A DNA stretch of 64,000 nucleotides. Origin: Gemmatimonadota bacterium. GTDB taxonomy: Bacteria > Gemmatimonadota > Gemmatimonadetes > Palauibacterales > Palauibacteraceae. Within the stretch, counting starts at the first letter, position 1. Every line of letters begins with the position of its first letter. The position numbers and the translations under genes are program-made. The notes beneath the pieces were generated by a model that was given only the letters and a program-made list of their open reading frames with translations, ran no database searches and was not told the DNA's origin. The stretch is from assembly GCA_046758745.1 (NCBI GenBank), contig JBHIAV010000001.1, positions 32,001-96,000 of the forward strand, read 5' to 3'. This document shows, piece by piece, positions 9,410 through 20,191 of this stretch.

Positions 9410-10936
9410 GTGAGGGCCGCATCGACGGCACCGGCGGTTGCCGGAACCCGACAGAACAGGGATGCGGGGTCGACCGTGATCTCAAAGGACGACATCGAGA
9501 GGCGGCTCAGGGAGAGGGCGATCTCAGCCCAGTGGTGGGGCGCGGTGCCCGACGGCTTCACGGCCCTCGTGGCCGATTCGCGCGAGGCCCGACCCGGTGT
9601 GCTCTTCTGCGCCGTCCGTGGGACGCGGGTCGATGGGCACGCCTTCCTCGGCGCCGCCGCGGCGGCGGGTGCGGCCGCAGCGGTGGTGGAGTCCGTCGAT
9701 ACCTCGCTCGGCCTCCCACAGCTCCTCGTGCCGGATAGCCGCACGGCTCTGGCTCACCTCGCCTCGCTGGCCCATTCCGACCCGGCGGGCTCGCTCCGGC
9801 TCATCGGGGTGACCGGGACGAACGGCAAAACCACGACCACCTGGCTGAGCCGGCATCTTCTGGGTGAGCTGGGACCGGCGGCGGCGCTCGGGACTCTCGG
9901 TCTCATCGATGCATCAGGCACGGCCCGTCCCGGCAAGCTGACCACGCCCGGGCCGATCGAGCTGATGCGAGCGCTCGCCGAGGCGCGGGCCTCGGGAGCC
10001 GACCTCGTCGTGATGGAGGTTTCCTCGCACGCCCTTGCCCAACGCAGGGTGGAGGCCCTCGCCTTCGCGGGGGCGATATTCACCAACCTGACCCAGGATC
10101 ACCTGGACTACCACGCGGATCTCCGTCGTTACCGGGAGGCGAAGCTCCGCCTTGCCGCCCTCGTGGAGGCCTCCGGCGCCTGTGTGGTAAACGCGGACGA
10201 TCCCGCCTGGGGCGGTGCCCCCTTCGCTGGCCGCCGGGTGATCCGGTACGGGCTCTCCCCGGCCGCGGAGGTGCGGGCCGTCGACGTTCGGCTCGACCCG
10301 ACAGGGAGCCGGTGGCGCCTGGTGGCGCCGGAGGGAGAGGCGGCAGTGCATCTGCCGCTGCTCGGAGAGTTCAATGTGTACAACGCGCTGGGCGCCGCTT
10401 CCGTGGCCCTGTCGATGGGCGTGAGAGCGGAGCGGGTCGCCGCCCTTCTGGCGGCGGCACCGCAGGTACCCGGCCGGCTGGAAGTCCTGGCGCACCGTCC
10501 CGCCACGGTGCTCCGCGACTACGCGCACACGCCGGACGCCCTGGCCCGCACGCTGGACGCGGTGCGGCCCGCGACGGGCGGGCGTCTGTTCGTGGTCTTC
10601 GGCTGCGGTGGGGATCGGGACCGAGGCAAGCGTCCGATGATGGGGCGCATCGCGGTCGAGAAGGCCGACATGGCCATCGTCACCTCGGACAACCCCCGCT
10701 CTGAATCTCCGGCCGACATCGCGGCCGACATCGTGACCGGTCTCCCGGAGGGGAGCTATCGGATCGTGCTCGATCGGCGCGAGGCGATCGAGGCCGCGCT
10801 CGAGAACGCCCGCCCCGACGATGTCGTGCTCCTCGCCGGCAAGGGGCATGAGCGGGTCCAGATCTTCGCCGATCGTGAGATTCCGTTCGACGAAGCGGAG
10901 ATCGTCGCGGAGCTCACGGGTGAGGGGGACGCGTGA
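9410..10936 (+). CDS. murE: UDP-MurNAc-dipeptide--meso-DAP ligase
   Basis: GTNGKTTT, MEVSSH, DYAHTPD and the DNPR meso-DAP motif; start uncertain. Confidence 0.96.
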   Translation: MRAASTAPAVAGTRQNRDAGSTVISKDDIERRLRERAISAQWWGAVPDGFTALVADSREARPGVLFCAVRGTRVDGHAFLGAAAAAGAAAAVVESVDTSLGLPQLLVPDSRTALAHLASLAHSDPAGSLRLIGVTGTNGKTTTTWLSRHLLGELGPAAALGTLGLIDASGTARPGKLTTPGPIELMRALAEARASGADLVVMEVSSHALAQRRVEALAFAGAIFTNLTQDHLDYHADLRRYREAKLRLAALVEASGACVVNADDPAWGGAPFAGRRVIRYGLSPAAEVRAVDVRLDPTGSRWRLVAPEGEAAVHLPLLGEFNVYNALGAASVALSMGVRAERVAALLAAAPQVPGRLEVLAHRPATVLRDYAHTPDALARTLDAVRPATGGRLFVVFGCGGDRDRGKRPMMGRIAVEKADMAIVTSDNPRSESPADIAADIVTGLPEGSYRIVLDRREAIEAALENARPDDVVLLAGKGHERVQIFADREIPFDEAEIVAELTGEGDA

Positions 10937-12306
10937 CGGCGGCCGCCTTCGGCTCGGACGAGCTGCGCCGGATCTTCGGTCTCCCTCGAAACGGAACGGA
11001 CAGCCGTTTCACATCCGTCTCCACCGATACCCGCGACCTCAAACCCGGCTCTCTGTTCATCGCGCTGCGGGGCGAACGCTTTGATGGAGCGGACTTCCTC
11101 GAGGAGGCGGCGGCGAGAGGGGCGCTAGGGGCCGTGGTGCCGCGTGGGCGGGAGGACGTGAAGATCGACCTCGAGTGGTTCCCGGTCGCGGACCCGGCCC
11201 GCGCGCTCGCCGACCTGGCGGCCCACTACAGGATGCGGCGGGGAGCGAGGGTGGTCGGCGTGACCGGTAGCTCCGGCAAGACTACGGTGAAGGAGATGAT
11301 CGGCCACGCCCTGGGCGGGGTCCTCCGGGTGCACCGCACCCGCGGGAACCTGAACAACCAGATCGGCGTGCCGCTCTCGATCCTCGCGGCTCCGGAAGAG
11401 GCCGAGGTGTGGGTGCTCGAGCTCGGCTCGAGCGCGCCGGGGGAGATCGCGCGACTCGCCGAGATCTCCGCGCCCGACGACGCCGTGGTGACGACCGTCG
11501 GCCCGGCGCACCTGGAGGGGCTCGGCGACGAGATCGGCGTGATGGCCGAGAAGATGGCGCTCCTGCGTGGGGCCGCGCCCGAGGGAGCCGTGGTGGTCGG
11601 CGAGATCCCGGCGGTGCTTCCCAAGGAAGCGCGGCGTCTTCGCCGGGACACGGTGGTCGCCGGACTCGGACCGGCGTGCGACTTCGTACCGGACCGCTGG
11701 CACGTCGGGCCGGCGGGCGTGGCATTCGAGCGCCGCGGCGTCGAGTACCGGGTCGGTGTGGGGGGAGAGCACCATCTGCGCGACGCGCTGCTGGCGGCGG
11801 CGGTGGCGGAGTCGCTCGGGGTCCCAGCCCGGGAGGCCGCCCTCGGCCTCGCGAACTACAGGCCTGTCGGAATGCGCGGGGCGCTCCGGCAGCTCGGGCG
11901 GCTCACAGTGGTGGCGGACTGCTACAACGCGAACCCGGAGTCCTTCGAGGCGGCCATCCGGTACTGCATCGAGGCGTTCCCGGGGCGGCGACTCACCGCG
12001 GCCGTCGGCTCCATGCTGGAGCTGGGCGCCCGGGCCGCCGAGGCGCACCGGGCGGTGGCGAAGCGGATCGTCGAGGCGGGTTTCGAGCTCGTGGTGGCGA
12101 CGGGTGACTTCCGCGAGGCGTTCGAGTCCATCAGCCGGCCGAACGGAACGACCGTCCTCCAATCCGAAGGACCGGAGGACATGTGGGCTGCGCTCGGGTC
12201 GCACCTCACCGGGGAGGAGGTGGTGCTGGTGAAGGCATCTCGAGGGGTGCGGCTCGAGCGCGTCGTCGAGCGGCTGGAGGAGCAGTTCGGCGGGGCGACG
12301 GGCTGA
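10933..12306 (+). CDS. murF: UDP-MurNAc-tripeptide--D-Ala-D-Ala ligase
   Basis: GSSGKTTVKE, NNQIGVP, DCYNANP, VKASRG. Confidence 0.96.
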   Translation: MTAAAFGSDELRRIFGLPRNGTDSRFTSVSTDTRDLKPGSLFIALRGERFDGADFLEEAAARGALGAVVPRGREDVKIDLEWFPVADPARALADLAAHYRMRRGARVVGVTGSSGKTTVKEMIGHALGGVLRVHRTRGNLNNQIGVPLSILAAPEEAEVWVLELGSSAPGEIARLAEISAPDDAVVTTVGPAHLEGLGDEIGVMAEKMALLRGAAPEGAVVVGEIPAVLPKEARRLRRDTVVAGLGPACDFVPDRWHVGPAGVAFERRGVEYRVGVGGEHHLRDALLAAAVAESLGVPAREAALGLANYRPVGMRGALRQLGRLTVVADCYNANPESFEAAIRYCIEAFPGRRLTAAVGSMLELGARAAEAHRAVAKRIVEAGFELVVATGDFREAFESISRPNGTTVLQSEGPEDMWAALGSHLTGEEVVLVKASRGVRLERVVERLEEQFGGATG

Positions 12307-13412
12307 TGCTCTACCACCTGCTCTTCCCGCTCGCCGACCGGCATATCCTGTTCAACGTTTTCCAGTACATCTCCTTCCGGGCGGCGGGCGCGATGGTCAC
12401 CGCCCTGTTGGTGAGCTTCCTGGTCGGCCCCGCGGTGATCCGCTGGCTCGAGAAGCGGGATTGGGGTCAGGTCGTGCGCCTCGACGGTCCCAAGTCGCAC
12501 CTGAAGAAGGCCGGCACCCCGACGATGGGGGGAATCATCATCCTCATCGCGGTGCTCCTGCCGGCGCTCCTGTGGGCCCGTCTCGACCAGTGGCAGGTGC
12601 TCATCGCGGTCGCGGTCACCTTCAGTACCGCAGCGATCGGCTTCACGGACGACTGGCTCAAGGTCGTTCAGCACCAGTCGCGTGGCCTCATCGCCCGCCA
12701 CAAGCTGTGGTGGCAGACGCTCCTCGGGCTCACGGTCGGGCTCTTCCTGCTCATCACGCCGCTCTCCGGGCACCCCGCGGCCCAGACCACCGTCCCGTTC
12801 TTCAAGGACATCCAGGTGCTGTTCTGGGCGCCTGCCTTCCCGCTCTTCGTCGCACTCGTGATCATCGGGAGCTCGAACGCCGTGAACCTCGCCGACGGGC
12901 TGGATGGCCTGGCCGCCGGCCTCAGCGCCATCGCCGCTCTCACGTTCGGCGCCTTCGCGTATGCCATCGGGCGGACGGACACCTCCGCCTATCTCGGGCT
13001 CCAGTACCTGCCGGGGTCCGGGGAGCTCAGCGTCTTCTGCGCTGCCCTGTCGGGCGCGGCGATCGGCTTCCTGTGGTTCAACGCCCCCCCGGCGCAGGTG
13101 TTCATGGGCGACACAGGCTCCCTCGCGCTCGGCGGGGCGATCGGCACCGTGGCGGTCCTCCTGAAGTCGGAGTTCCTCCTCCTCATAGTGGGCGGCGTCT
13201 TCGTGGCGGAGGCGGTCTCCGTGCTCCTGCAGACCACGTTCTTCAAGTACAGCCGCTGGCGGAGCGGCACGGGCCAGCGGCTCTTTCGCATGGCTCCGCT
13301 CCACCATCACTTCGAACAGCTGGGATGGCCAGAGACACGGATCGTCATCCGCTTCTACATCATGGCGATCATCTGCGCGCTCGTCGGGCTCGCCACGCTG
13401 AAGCTCCGATGA
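12306..13412 (+). CDS. mraY: Phospho-N-acetylmuramoyl-pentapeptide transferase
   Basis: KAGTPTMGG, NAVNLADGLDGLA, FMGDTGSL, MAPLHHHFE. Confidence 0.97.
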   Translation: MLYHLLFPLADRHILFNVFQYISFRAAGAMVTALLVSFLVGPAVIRWLEKRDWGQVVRLDGPKSHLKKAGTPTMGGIIILIAVLLPALLWARLDQWQVLIAVAVTFSTAAIGFTDDWLKVVQHQSRGLIARHKLWWQTLLGLTVGLFLLITPLSGHPAAQTTVPFFKDIQVLFWAPAFPLFVALVIIGSSNAVNLADGLDGLAAGLSAIAALTFGAFAYAIGRTDTSAYLGLQYLPGSGELSVFCAALSGAAIGFLWFNAPPAQVFMGDTGSLALGGAIGTVAVLLKSEFLLLIVGGVFVAEAVSVLLQTTFFKYSRWRSGTGQRLFRMAPLHHHFEQLGWPETRIVIRFYIMAIICALVGLATLKLR

Positions 13413-14815
13413 TGACGGAGCGGATCGAGCCGGCTTTCGCGCCCGGGGCTTCGGTGGCGGTGCTCGGCCTCGGACGGTCCGGCATGGCCGCGGCGCGCCT
13501 GGCTCATGCACGCGGGGGACGGGTGTACGCGAGCGACGTGGGGCGGAACGAGGCCGTAGAGGGAAACGCGGCGGCGCTGCGCGAAGAGGGGATGGAGGTG
13601 GAGATCGGCGGACACGACCTCGATCGTATCCGCGCCGCGGACCTCGTGGTGGTCAGCCCCGGCATCGGTCCGGACACGTCCGTGCGACGCGAGCTCAGCA
13701 CCGCCGGGGTCCGCACGATCGCCGAGGTGGAGCTGGCTTATCGCGATGTGAGGTCTCGCCTCATCGGGATCACCGGTACGAACGGGAAGACCACGACCAG
13801 CGCGCTGGCCGGCCATCTGCTCCTCGCCGGGGGTGTGGAGGCGGTCGTAGCCGGAAACATCGGCCGTCCGCTCGCCGAGATCGCCCTGCTGGAGCGGCAT
13901 CCGGCGTGGGTGGTGGTGGAGCTGAGCTCCTTCCAACTCGCCGACCTCGAGCTGTTCACCCCCGACATCGGCTTGCTGCTGAACCTCTCCCCCGACCACC
14001 TGGACCGGTACCGGGATGTCGCTGCCTACTACGCGGACAAGCAGCGCCTCTTCGCGAACGCCGGTCCCGGAAGCCGTTGGGTCCTGAACGCGGACGACGA
14101 GCTTGTGCTGGACCTGGCGAAGGGCGCCGAGGGTGAGCACTTCCTCTTTTCCGTGGGAGGGCCTGTCGAGCGTGGGGCGTATCTCGCTGCGGACGGATGG
14201 CTGCACCTGCGCCTCGGAGAACGGTCCGGCCGGTGGACCTCCGTCTCGGAGCTCAAGCTCGTCGGCCGCCACAACGCTGCCAACGCGCTGGCTGCCGGAC
14301 TCGCGGCCGCGCTGGTGGGGTGCGCCGACCGAGAGATCGCTTCCGGTCTGCGGGAGTTCGAAGCGCTCCCCCACCGCTTGCAGCCGATCGGCGAGCGGAA
14401 CGACGTCCTGTGGGTCAACGACTCGAAGGCGACGAACGTCGCGGCCAGCGCCGTGGCGCTGCGGGCGTTCGATCGCCCCGTGGTCCTGCTGCTCGGCGGG
14501 CGTCACAAGGGAGAGCCGTACACCTCGCTCATTCCCGAGCTGCGGCGGCACGGGCGGGCGATCGTGGCCTACGGCGAGGCAGCGCCGTACATCGTGGCGG
14601 ATCTGCGGGAGGAGGTCTCGACGATCCGCGTCGAAAGTACCCTCGAGTCCACGGTGCGGGCGGCGGGAGACCTGGCCGAGCCCGGAGACGTCGTGTTGCT
14701 GTCGCCGGCCTGCTCGAGCTACGACCTCTTTCCGGACTACGAGGAGCGAGGCCGGGCCTTCGAGCGGGCATTCCTGGCCCTCGATGATGCCGCGCCTCGG
14801 GAGCGTGTGTCGTGA
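13409..14815 (+). CDS. murD: UDP-MurNAc-L-Ala--D-Glu ligase
   Basis: GLGRSG, GTNGKTTT, ELSSFQL, NDSKATN, LSPACSS. Confidence 0.96.
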   Translation: MMTERIEPAFAPGASVAVLGLGRSGMAAARLAHARGGRVYASDVGRNEAVEGNAAALREEGMEVEIGGHDLDRIRAADLVVVSPGIGPDTSVRRELSTAGVRTIAEVELAYRDVRSRLIGITGTNGKTTTSALAGHLLLAGGVEAVVAGNIGRPLAEIALLERHPAWVVVELSSFQLADLELFTPDIGLLLNLSPDHLDRYRDVAAYYADKQRLFANAGPGSRWVLNADDELVLDLAKGAEGEHFLFSVGGPVERGAYLAADGWLHLRLGERSGRWTSVSELKLVGRHNAANALAAGLAAALVGCADREIASGLREFEALPHRLQPIGERNDVLWVNDSKATNVAASAVALRAFDRPVVLLLGGRHKGEPYTSLIPELRRHGRAIVAYGEAAPYIVADLREEVSTIRVESTLESTVRAAGDLAEPGDVVLLSPACSSYDLFPDYEERGRAFERAFLALDDAAPRERVS

Positions 14816-15954
14816 GGAGGCGGCCGTGGGCCGGGTGCGCCGAGCAGGCTGCAGACGGCTCGGCATGGACCCGGAAGGGGCTGCTCGCCCTCACCCTCCT
14901 TCTGGTTGGCTTTGGCCTCCTCTCCGTGTACAGCGCCAGCTCTTTCGTGGCCCAGGCGGAGGGGCTCCCGGACAGTCACTACCTCTTCGCCCAGCTGAGC
15001 CGGGCGGCGCTCGGGCTGCTGGTGCTGGCGGTGGCCAGCCTCATCGACTACCGGATCTACCGCTCCCTCGCCTGGCCGCTCCTCGGGCTGAGCGCCATCC
15101 TCCTCTTCATCCTGCTGCTGCCGGGAACCGAGTCGATCGCGCCTCGCCTCAACGGCGCCCGTCGGTGGCTCCATCTCGGCTTGCTCTTCCAGCCCTCGGA
15201 GCTGGCCAAGATCGCCGTCGTCGTGTGGGTGGCAGCCCTGGCAGTGAAGAAGCAGGACCGTCTGCACAGCTTCCGCCACGGCCTCCTGCCGTTTCTACTG
15301 GTGGTCGGGGCCATCGCTCTTCTCGTCCTTCTCGAGCCGCATTTCTCGGCTGCGCTGCTGATCGCGGTGCTCGCCGGCGTGGTCCTCTTCTGCGCCGGTG
15401 CGCGCCTGGGTCACTTCGTCTTCCTCGGCCTGCTGGCGCTCCCGGTGGCGTGGAATCGGATGATGAGCGAGGGTTACCGGGTCGCCCGGATCGCCGCCTT
15501 TCTCGATCCGGAGACGGCGGCTTCGGAGGGTGCCTACCAGCTGCAGCAATCGCTCATCGCCGTGGGCTCGGGCGGGCTGTTCGGCATCGGCCTTGGGAAG
15601 AGCCTGCAGAAGCTGCACTACCTGCCGGAGCCGCAGAACGACTTCATCTTCTCGATCATCGCCGAGGAATGGGGACTGATCGGGGCCGTCGCCGTCATCG
15701 CGCTCTTCCTCGGCTGGTCCCTCCTCGGTCTCCGGATCGCCACCTGCGCCTCCGATCTGTTCGGCCGGCTGCTGGCCGTCGGCATCACCGCCCTCGTCTC
15801 GCTGACGGCGTTCGGGCATATCGGAGTGACGCTCGGCCTCCTCCCCACGACGGGGGTGAATCTGCCGTTCATCAGTGCCGGGGGAACGAGCCTCGTCCTC
15901 ACGCTTGCCGCCACCGGCATCCTGCTGAACGTCGCCAAGAAGCGGAGATGCTGA
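14812..15954 (+). CDS. ftsW: SEDS peptidoglycan polymerase FtsW
   Basis: NGARRW, FQPSELAK, LPEPQNDFIFSIIAEE, LPFISAGG. Confidence 0.95.
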   Translation: MRRRPWAGCAEQAADGSAWTRKGLLALTLLLVGFGLLSVYSASSFVAQAEGLPDSHYLFAQLSRAALGLLVLAVASLIDYRIYRSLAWPLLGLSAILLFILLLPGTESIAPRLNGARRWLHLGLLFQPSELAKIAVVVWVAALAVKKQDRLHSFRHGLLPFLLVVGAIALLVLLEPHFSAALLIAVLAGVVLFCAGARLGHFVFLGLLALPVAWNRMMSEGYRVARIAAFLDPETAASEGAYQLQQSLIAVGSGGLFGIGLGKSLQKLHYLPEPQNDFIFSIIAEEWGLIGAVAVIALFLGWSLLGLRIATCASDLFGRLLAVGITALVSLTAFGHIGVTLGLLPTTGVNLPFISAGGTSLVLTLAATGILLNVAKKRRC

Positions 15955-15957
15955 CGC

Positions 15958-17181
15958 GTGGGCGGCCCCCGGATCTTGCTGGCGGGCGGCGGCACGGGGG
16001 GGCACCTGATGCCGGCGTTGAACCTCGCCGAGGCGCTCCGACGAGCGGAGCCGCGCGCGGAGGTTCTCCTCCTCGGGGCCGAGCGCGGGATCGAGCGCGC
16101 GGTGCTGCCGAGTCGCGGCCTCCCGTATCGGTTGCTCCCGATGCAACCGATCTACCGGAGCCGCCCATGGCGCAACTGGCGGCTGCTCGGGAGCGCCCCG
16201 GCCGTGGTCGCGGGTCTGGCCGCCGTGTTCCGGGAGCTGGACCCGGAGCTGGTGGTCGGCACGGGGGGCTACGCCTCCGGACCCGCCGTCGTATGGGGGC
16301 GGGTGGGGGGACGGCGCACGGCGCTGCAGGAGCAGAACGCCCGGCCCGGTCTGGTGACGCGGTGGCTGGCGCGCCACGTGGACCAGCTGCACCTGGGCTA
16401 TCCGGAGGCTCGGGCACGCCTCCGGCCGGGCCGGCATACCCGGCTCTTCGCATTCGGGAATCCCGTCGCCCCGCCGGCCGGCGGAGGGTCAGGCGCCGAG
16501 CGTTTTCCCTGGCCGGAGGGGCGGATCGTGGCGCTGATCGGGGGGAGCCAGGGGGCGCGCGCCCTCAACGAGCGACTCCTTGCGGACCTCGCGGCGACCC
16601 GGACGTGGCCGGAGGACGTGCGGCTCGTTTGGGTTACCGGCGCGGCGCACGAGCAGGAGGTGGCCGCCCGCGTGGGAGAGCACCCATGGGCGAATCGGAT
16701 ACGCGTGGTCCCGTTCATCCCGGAGCTCGGCTCGCAGCTCGGCCGGTTGACGCTCGCCGTGTCGCGTGCCGGCGCCATGTTCCTCTCCGAGCTGGCGGCC
16801 GCCGGGGTGCCGGCCGTGCTCGTGCCGCTCCCCAGCGCGGCGGCGGGCCACCAGAGCGAGAACGCGCGGGCGCTCGAAGCGGCGGGAGCGGCCGTGCGGC
16901 TCGAGCAGGAGGAGCTCCGGCCGGGTCGGCTGTGGGAGACGATCGTGGGGCTCCTCGCCGACCCGGCGCGACTGGCATGCATGGCCTCCGCGATGCGAGG
17001 GCGGGGTCGGCCGGATGCGGCGATGCGGATCGCGCGGGAGCTGCTGCGGCTGGCGGGCGAGAGCCGGGCGGGCCGCGGCGCCAAGCCGGCCGACGTCCCG
17101 GGGGTCCCGCCGCCCTCGCCCGGCCCGGAGCGGCCGCCGGGAGGGGAGGGGGAGGCGGATGAGAACGGCGGCCGTGGCTGA
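15958..17181 (+). CDS. murG: Lipid I N-acetylglucosaminyltransferase
   Basis: GGGTGGH, GGYASGP, GGSQGA, SRAGA, HQSENA. Confidence 0.96.
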   Translation: MGGPRILLAGGGTGGHLMPALNLAEALRRAEPRAEVLLLGAERGIERAVLPSRGLPYRLLPMQPIYRSRPWRNWRLLGSAPAVVAGLAAVFRELDPELVVGTGGYASGPAVVWGRVGGRRTALQEQNARPGLVTRWLARHVDQLHLGYPEARARLRPGRHTRLFAFGNPVAPPAGGGSGAERFPWPEGRIVALIGGSQGARALNERLLADLAATRTWPEDVRLVWVTGAAHEQEVAARVGEHPWANRIRVVPFIPELGSQLGRLTLAVSRAGAMFLSELAAAGVPAVLVPLPSAAAGHQSENARALEAAGAAVRLEQEELRPGRLWETIVGLLADPARLACMASAMRGRGRPDAAMRIARELLRLAGESRAGRGAKPADVPGVPPPSPGPERPPGGEGEADENGGRG

Positions 17182-18574
17182 ACGGGCGCTCCCGACCCGC
17201 GCCGATCTCCCCTCGTCGGGGAGCGCCGTCCACCTCATGGGGCTGGGCGGGGCGGGGATGCGTGGGCTCGCGGCGCTCATGGCATGGGAGGGCTACCGGG
17301 TGAGCGGGTGCGACCGGAACCGTACGACCGGAGGCGTCGACCTGGAAGGTGCCTCGGTCACCTTCCTTCCCGGCCACGATCCCGCCCATGTGCGGGATGT
17401 CGCCCTCCTGGTGTACAGCGCCGCGGTGCCGGAGGGACATACCGAGGTCGCGGCGGCCCGTGAGCTCGGGATTCCCACCCTCAAGCGCGCTCGGGCACTC
17501 GGGGCGATGGTCAACGGCTCACGCCTCGTCGGCGTGAGCGGCACGCACGGCAAGACCACCATCGCGGCGATGATCGCCATCGCCTGCCGCGCGGCCCGGC
17601 TCGATCCTCGCGCCGCGGTGGGCGGTCGCGTCGCGGCGTGGGGCGGCTACGCTCGGCGCGGTGCGGGCGATCTCGCCGTCGTCGAGGCGGATGAGTTCGA
17701 CCGCTCCTTCCTCGAGCTGGATCCCCACCTGGCGGTAGTAAGCTCCGTCGAGCCGGAGCACCTCGACAGTTACGGGAACCTCGCGGCGTTGTCGGACGCC
17801 TTCGTGACCTTCGCCACGCGCGCCGTCGGGCGATGCGGCGTGCTCGCCTGCGCTGATGATCCGGGCGCCCGTGAGACGGCGGCGCGGGTGAGCGGCGCGC
17901 TCACGTACGGCCTTGGCGCGGAAGCCGACTTCCGGGTCGAGGCGCTCGGCCCTGGAGAGGCCGCCCAGCGCTGCCGGCTCCACGCGCCGACCGGGACGCT
18001 CGATTTCGCTCTCGGCGTGCCCGGCGAGCACAACGTGTGCAACGCCGGGGCGGCGCTCGGGGCGGCCATCCTCCTGGGAGCGGATCCCGACCCGCTGCGC
18101 GAGGCCCTCGCCACGTTCCGGGGGGTGGAGCGTCGCCTCGAGCTCCTCGCCGAGCGGGCCGATGTGGCGATCGTGGACGATTACGCCCACCACCCCACCG
18201 AGGTACGCGCCTCCCTCGCGGCCCTCCGGCAGGGGTACCCGGACCGCCGTCTCATCGTCGTATTCCAGCCGCACCTGTACAGCCGCACGCTGGCCCTCGC
18301 CGCCGACTTCGCGGAGGCTCTCGGCGCGGCGGACGCCGCTCACGTGCTGCCGATCTATCCGGCGCGCGAGGAGCCGATATCCGGGGTGACGTCCGAGCTG
18401 ATCGTCGAGGCGGCGCCGGCGCACGTGCGTCCGGTCACCTGGGAGGAAGCGCTGGAGGTCGTGCGGAGAGCGACCGGCACCCCCACGGCGCTCGTGTTCA
18501 TGGGGGCGGGGGACGTCACCGAGCTCGCCCGGCAGGCGGCCCGGGAGCTGGGTGCGGATGCGCTGGGAGTCTGA
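17159..18574 (+). CDS. murC: UDP-MurNAc--L-alanine ligase
   Basis: GLGGAGM, GTHGKTT, EADEFD, DDYAHHPTE, FQPHLYSRT. Confidence 0.96.
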   Translation: MRTAAVAERALPTRADLPSSGSAVHLMGLGGAGMRGLAALMAWEGYRVSGCDRNRTTGGVDLEGASVTFLPGHDPAHVRDVALLVYSAAVPEGHTEVAAARELGIPTLKRARALGAMVNGSRLVGVSGTHGKTTIAAMIAIACRAARLDPRAAVGGRVAAWGGYARRGAGDLAVVEADEFDRSFLELDPHLAVVSSVEPEHLDSYGNLAALSDAFVTFATRAVGRCGVLACADDPGARETAARVSGALTYGLGAEADFRVEALGPGEAAQRCRLHAPTGTLDFALGVPGEHNVCNAGAALGAAILLGADPDPLREALATFRGVERRLELLAERADVAIVDDYAHHPTEVRASLAALRQGYPDRRLIVVFQPHLYSRTLALAADFAEALGAADAAHVLPIYPAREEPISGVTSELIVEAAPAHVRPVTWEEALEVVRRATGTPTALVFMGAGDVTELARQAARELGADALGV

Positions 18575-19454
18575 CGTGCGACTAGCCGAGCACACCCGCT
18601 ACGGGATCGGAGGGCCGGCCGCGAGCTTCGGGCGCGTCGGCTCCATCGGTGAGCTGGCCGGGGCACTCGCCTCGTTGAGCGGGACCCCATACCGCGTCCT
18701 CGGTTGGGGCGCGAACGTGCTCGTGGCGGATGCCGGTTTGTTGGAAGCGGTCCTGGTGCTCGGGGGCGAGCTGGACTACCTGCGGCTCGCCGCGGACTCG
18801 CTGGAGGCCGGCGCTGCGGCCGGTCTCCCCGCCCTCATCGGGGCCGCGCGGCGCGCCGCCCGTTCCGGATTCGGCTTCCTCGAGGCGGTGCCGGGCACGG
18901 TCGGCGGAGGGCTGCGCATGAACGCCGGCTCGGCGGACGTCGGTCTGTGGGAGCGTGTCCTGTGGGCGGACGCGATGACCGCACAGGGAGAACGCGTCAG
19001 GCTCGGACCGCGGGATGCGAGGCCTTCCTACCGTCGGGTCGAGGTCCCGGAGGAGTGGATCTTCCTGGCGGCGTGCTTCGCGGCGCCGCCGGCCGATCCG
19101 GAGGACGTCCAGTTGGAGCACATGATCCGGAGGCGAGAAAAGGTCGAGGCGCAGGTGTACGAGCTGCCTTCGTGCGGCTCCACCTGGAAGAACCCGGGAG
19201 GGGCGTTCGGATCGGCGTGGCAGGTCGTAGAGCGGGTCGGCATGCGGGGAGCGCGTCGCGGTGCGGCTCAGATCGCCGAGAGGCACGCCAACTTCATCGT
19301 GAACCTCGGTGGGGCGCGGGCCGAGGACGTGCTGTGGCTCATGCGGGAGACCCGACGGCGGGCGCACGAGGAGTTCGGCGTGTGGCTCGAGCCGGAGATC
19401 CGGCTGTGGGGCTTCCCACCCGAGGAGCTGAGCGCCGTGGGGGCGGCATCATGA
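18558..19454 (+). CDS. murB: UDP-N-acetylenolpyruvoylglucosamine reductase
   Basis: IGGPA, PGTVGGGLRMNAG, SCGSTWKNP, HANFIVN, LEPEI. Confidence 0.93.
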   Translation: MRWESDVRLAEHTRYGIGGPAASFGRVGSIGELAGALASLSGTPYRVLGWGANVLVADAGLLEAVLVLGGELDYLRLAADSLEAGAAAGLPALIGAARRAARSGFGFLEAVPGTVGGGLRMNAGSADVGLWERVLWADAMTAQGERVRLGPRDARPSYRRVEVPEEWIFLAACFAAPPADPEDVQLEHMIRRREKVEAQVYELPSCGSTWKNPGGAFGSAWQVVERVGMRGARRGAAQIAERHANFIVNLGGARAEDVLWLMRETRRRAHEEFGVWLEPEIRLWGFPPEELSAVGAAS

Positions 19455-20191
19455 CGCGGCGGGGCCGGCGGCGCCTGACCGTCATCGGGATCTCCACGCT
19501 GGTGGGAGCGACCTCCACGGCCTGGGGCCCTCCCCTGCTGAGCACCATGCCCGCTTTCCGCGTACAACGCATCGAGGTGGTCGGCGCGCGGTACGTGACG
19601 CCGGAAGAGGTGCTCGGTCTGGCCGACGTGCCGCCCGAGGCGTCCGTGTGGGACGACCCCTCCTCCTGGGAGTCGCGGGTCCGTGAGCACCCTCTGGTGC
19701 GTGAGGCGGCCGTCCGCCGTTCCGGGCTGCGGGAGCTGGAGATCCGGGTGGAGGAGGCGGAGCCGGTGGCGCTGGTCGCCACCCCGGAGCTCGTGCCGCT
19801 CGACCGGGACGGGCGGCTCCTTCCTCTCCGTGCGGCCGAGCACGCCCTGGATCTCCCGATCCTCGCGGACGTGGCCGGGCTGAAGGACGGTCGACTCGCG
19901 AGCGGCGCGGCGCGTGAGCTTCTCGCCCTACTCGTCAGGCTGGGCGAGCACGACCCCACTCTGGTCGACCAGATCTCGGAGCTCCGCGTCGGCCCGGGTC
20001 CGGCCATTGAGCTCCGGCTCCTCGAACAGAGCGCAGCCGAGCGCGTCCTTCTCCCCTTCGACGGCGCGATAACCGCCCTGCGGAGGGTGGAGACGGCGCT
20101 TGCCGATGTCGCGGGCCGAGCGGCGGTAGCGACGGCGGACGCGCGGTTTTCCGCTCAGGTCGTCCTGCTGGTGAAGAAGGAGGGGGCGTGA
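19451..20191 (+). CDS. ftsQ: Cell division protein FtsQ
   Basis: N-terminal TM followed by a POTRA-like segment (FRVQRIEVVG); lies before ftsA. Confidence 0.85.
   Translation: MTRRGRRRLTVIGISTLVGATSTAWGPPLLSTMPAFRVQRIEVVGARYVTPEEVLGLADVPPEASVWDDPSSWESRVREHPLVREAAVRRSGLRELEIRVEEAEPVALVATPELVPLDRDGRLLPLRAAEHALDLPILADVAGLKDGRLASGAARELLALLVRLGEHDPTLVDQISELRVGPGPAIELRLLEQSAAERVLLPFDGAITALRRVETALADVAGRAAVATADARFSAQVVLLVKKEGA

Noticed and set aside
14103..17162. 1019-aa alternative-frame ORF and other long shadow ORFs (1775-3925, 40388-42724, 47040-49598, 50176-52695, 54403-56643)
   Set aside because: They overlap well-supported genes and have no recognisable motifs; expected from GC and codon bias
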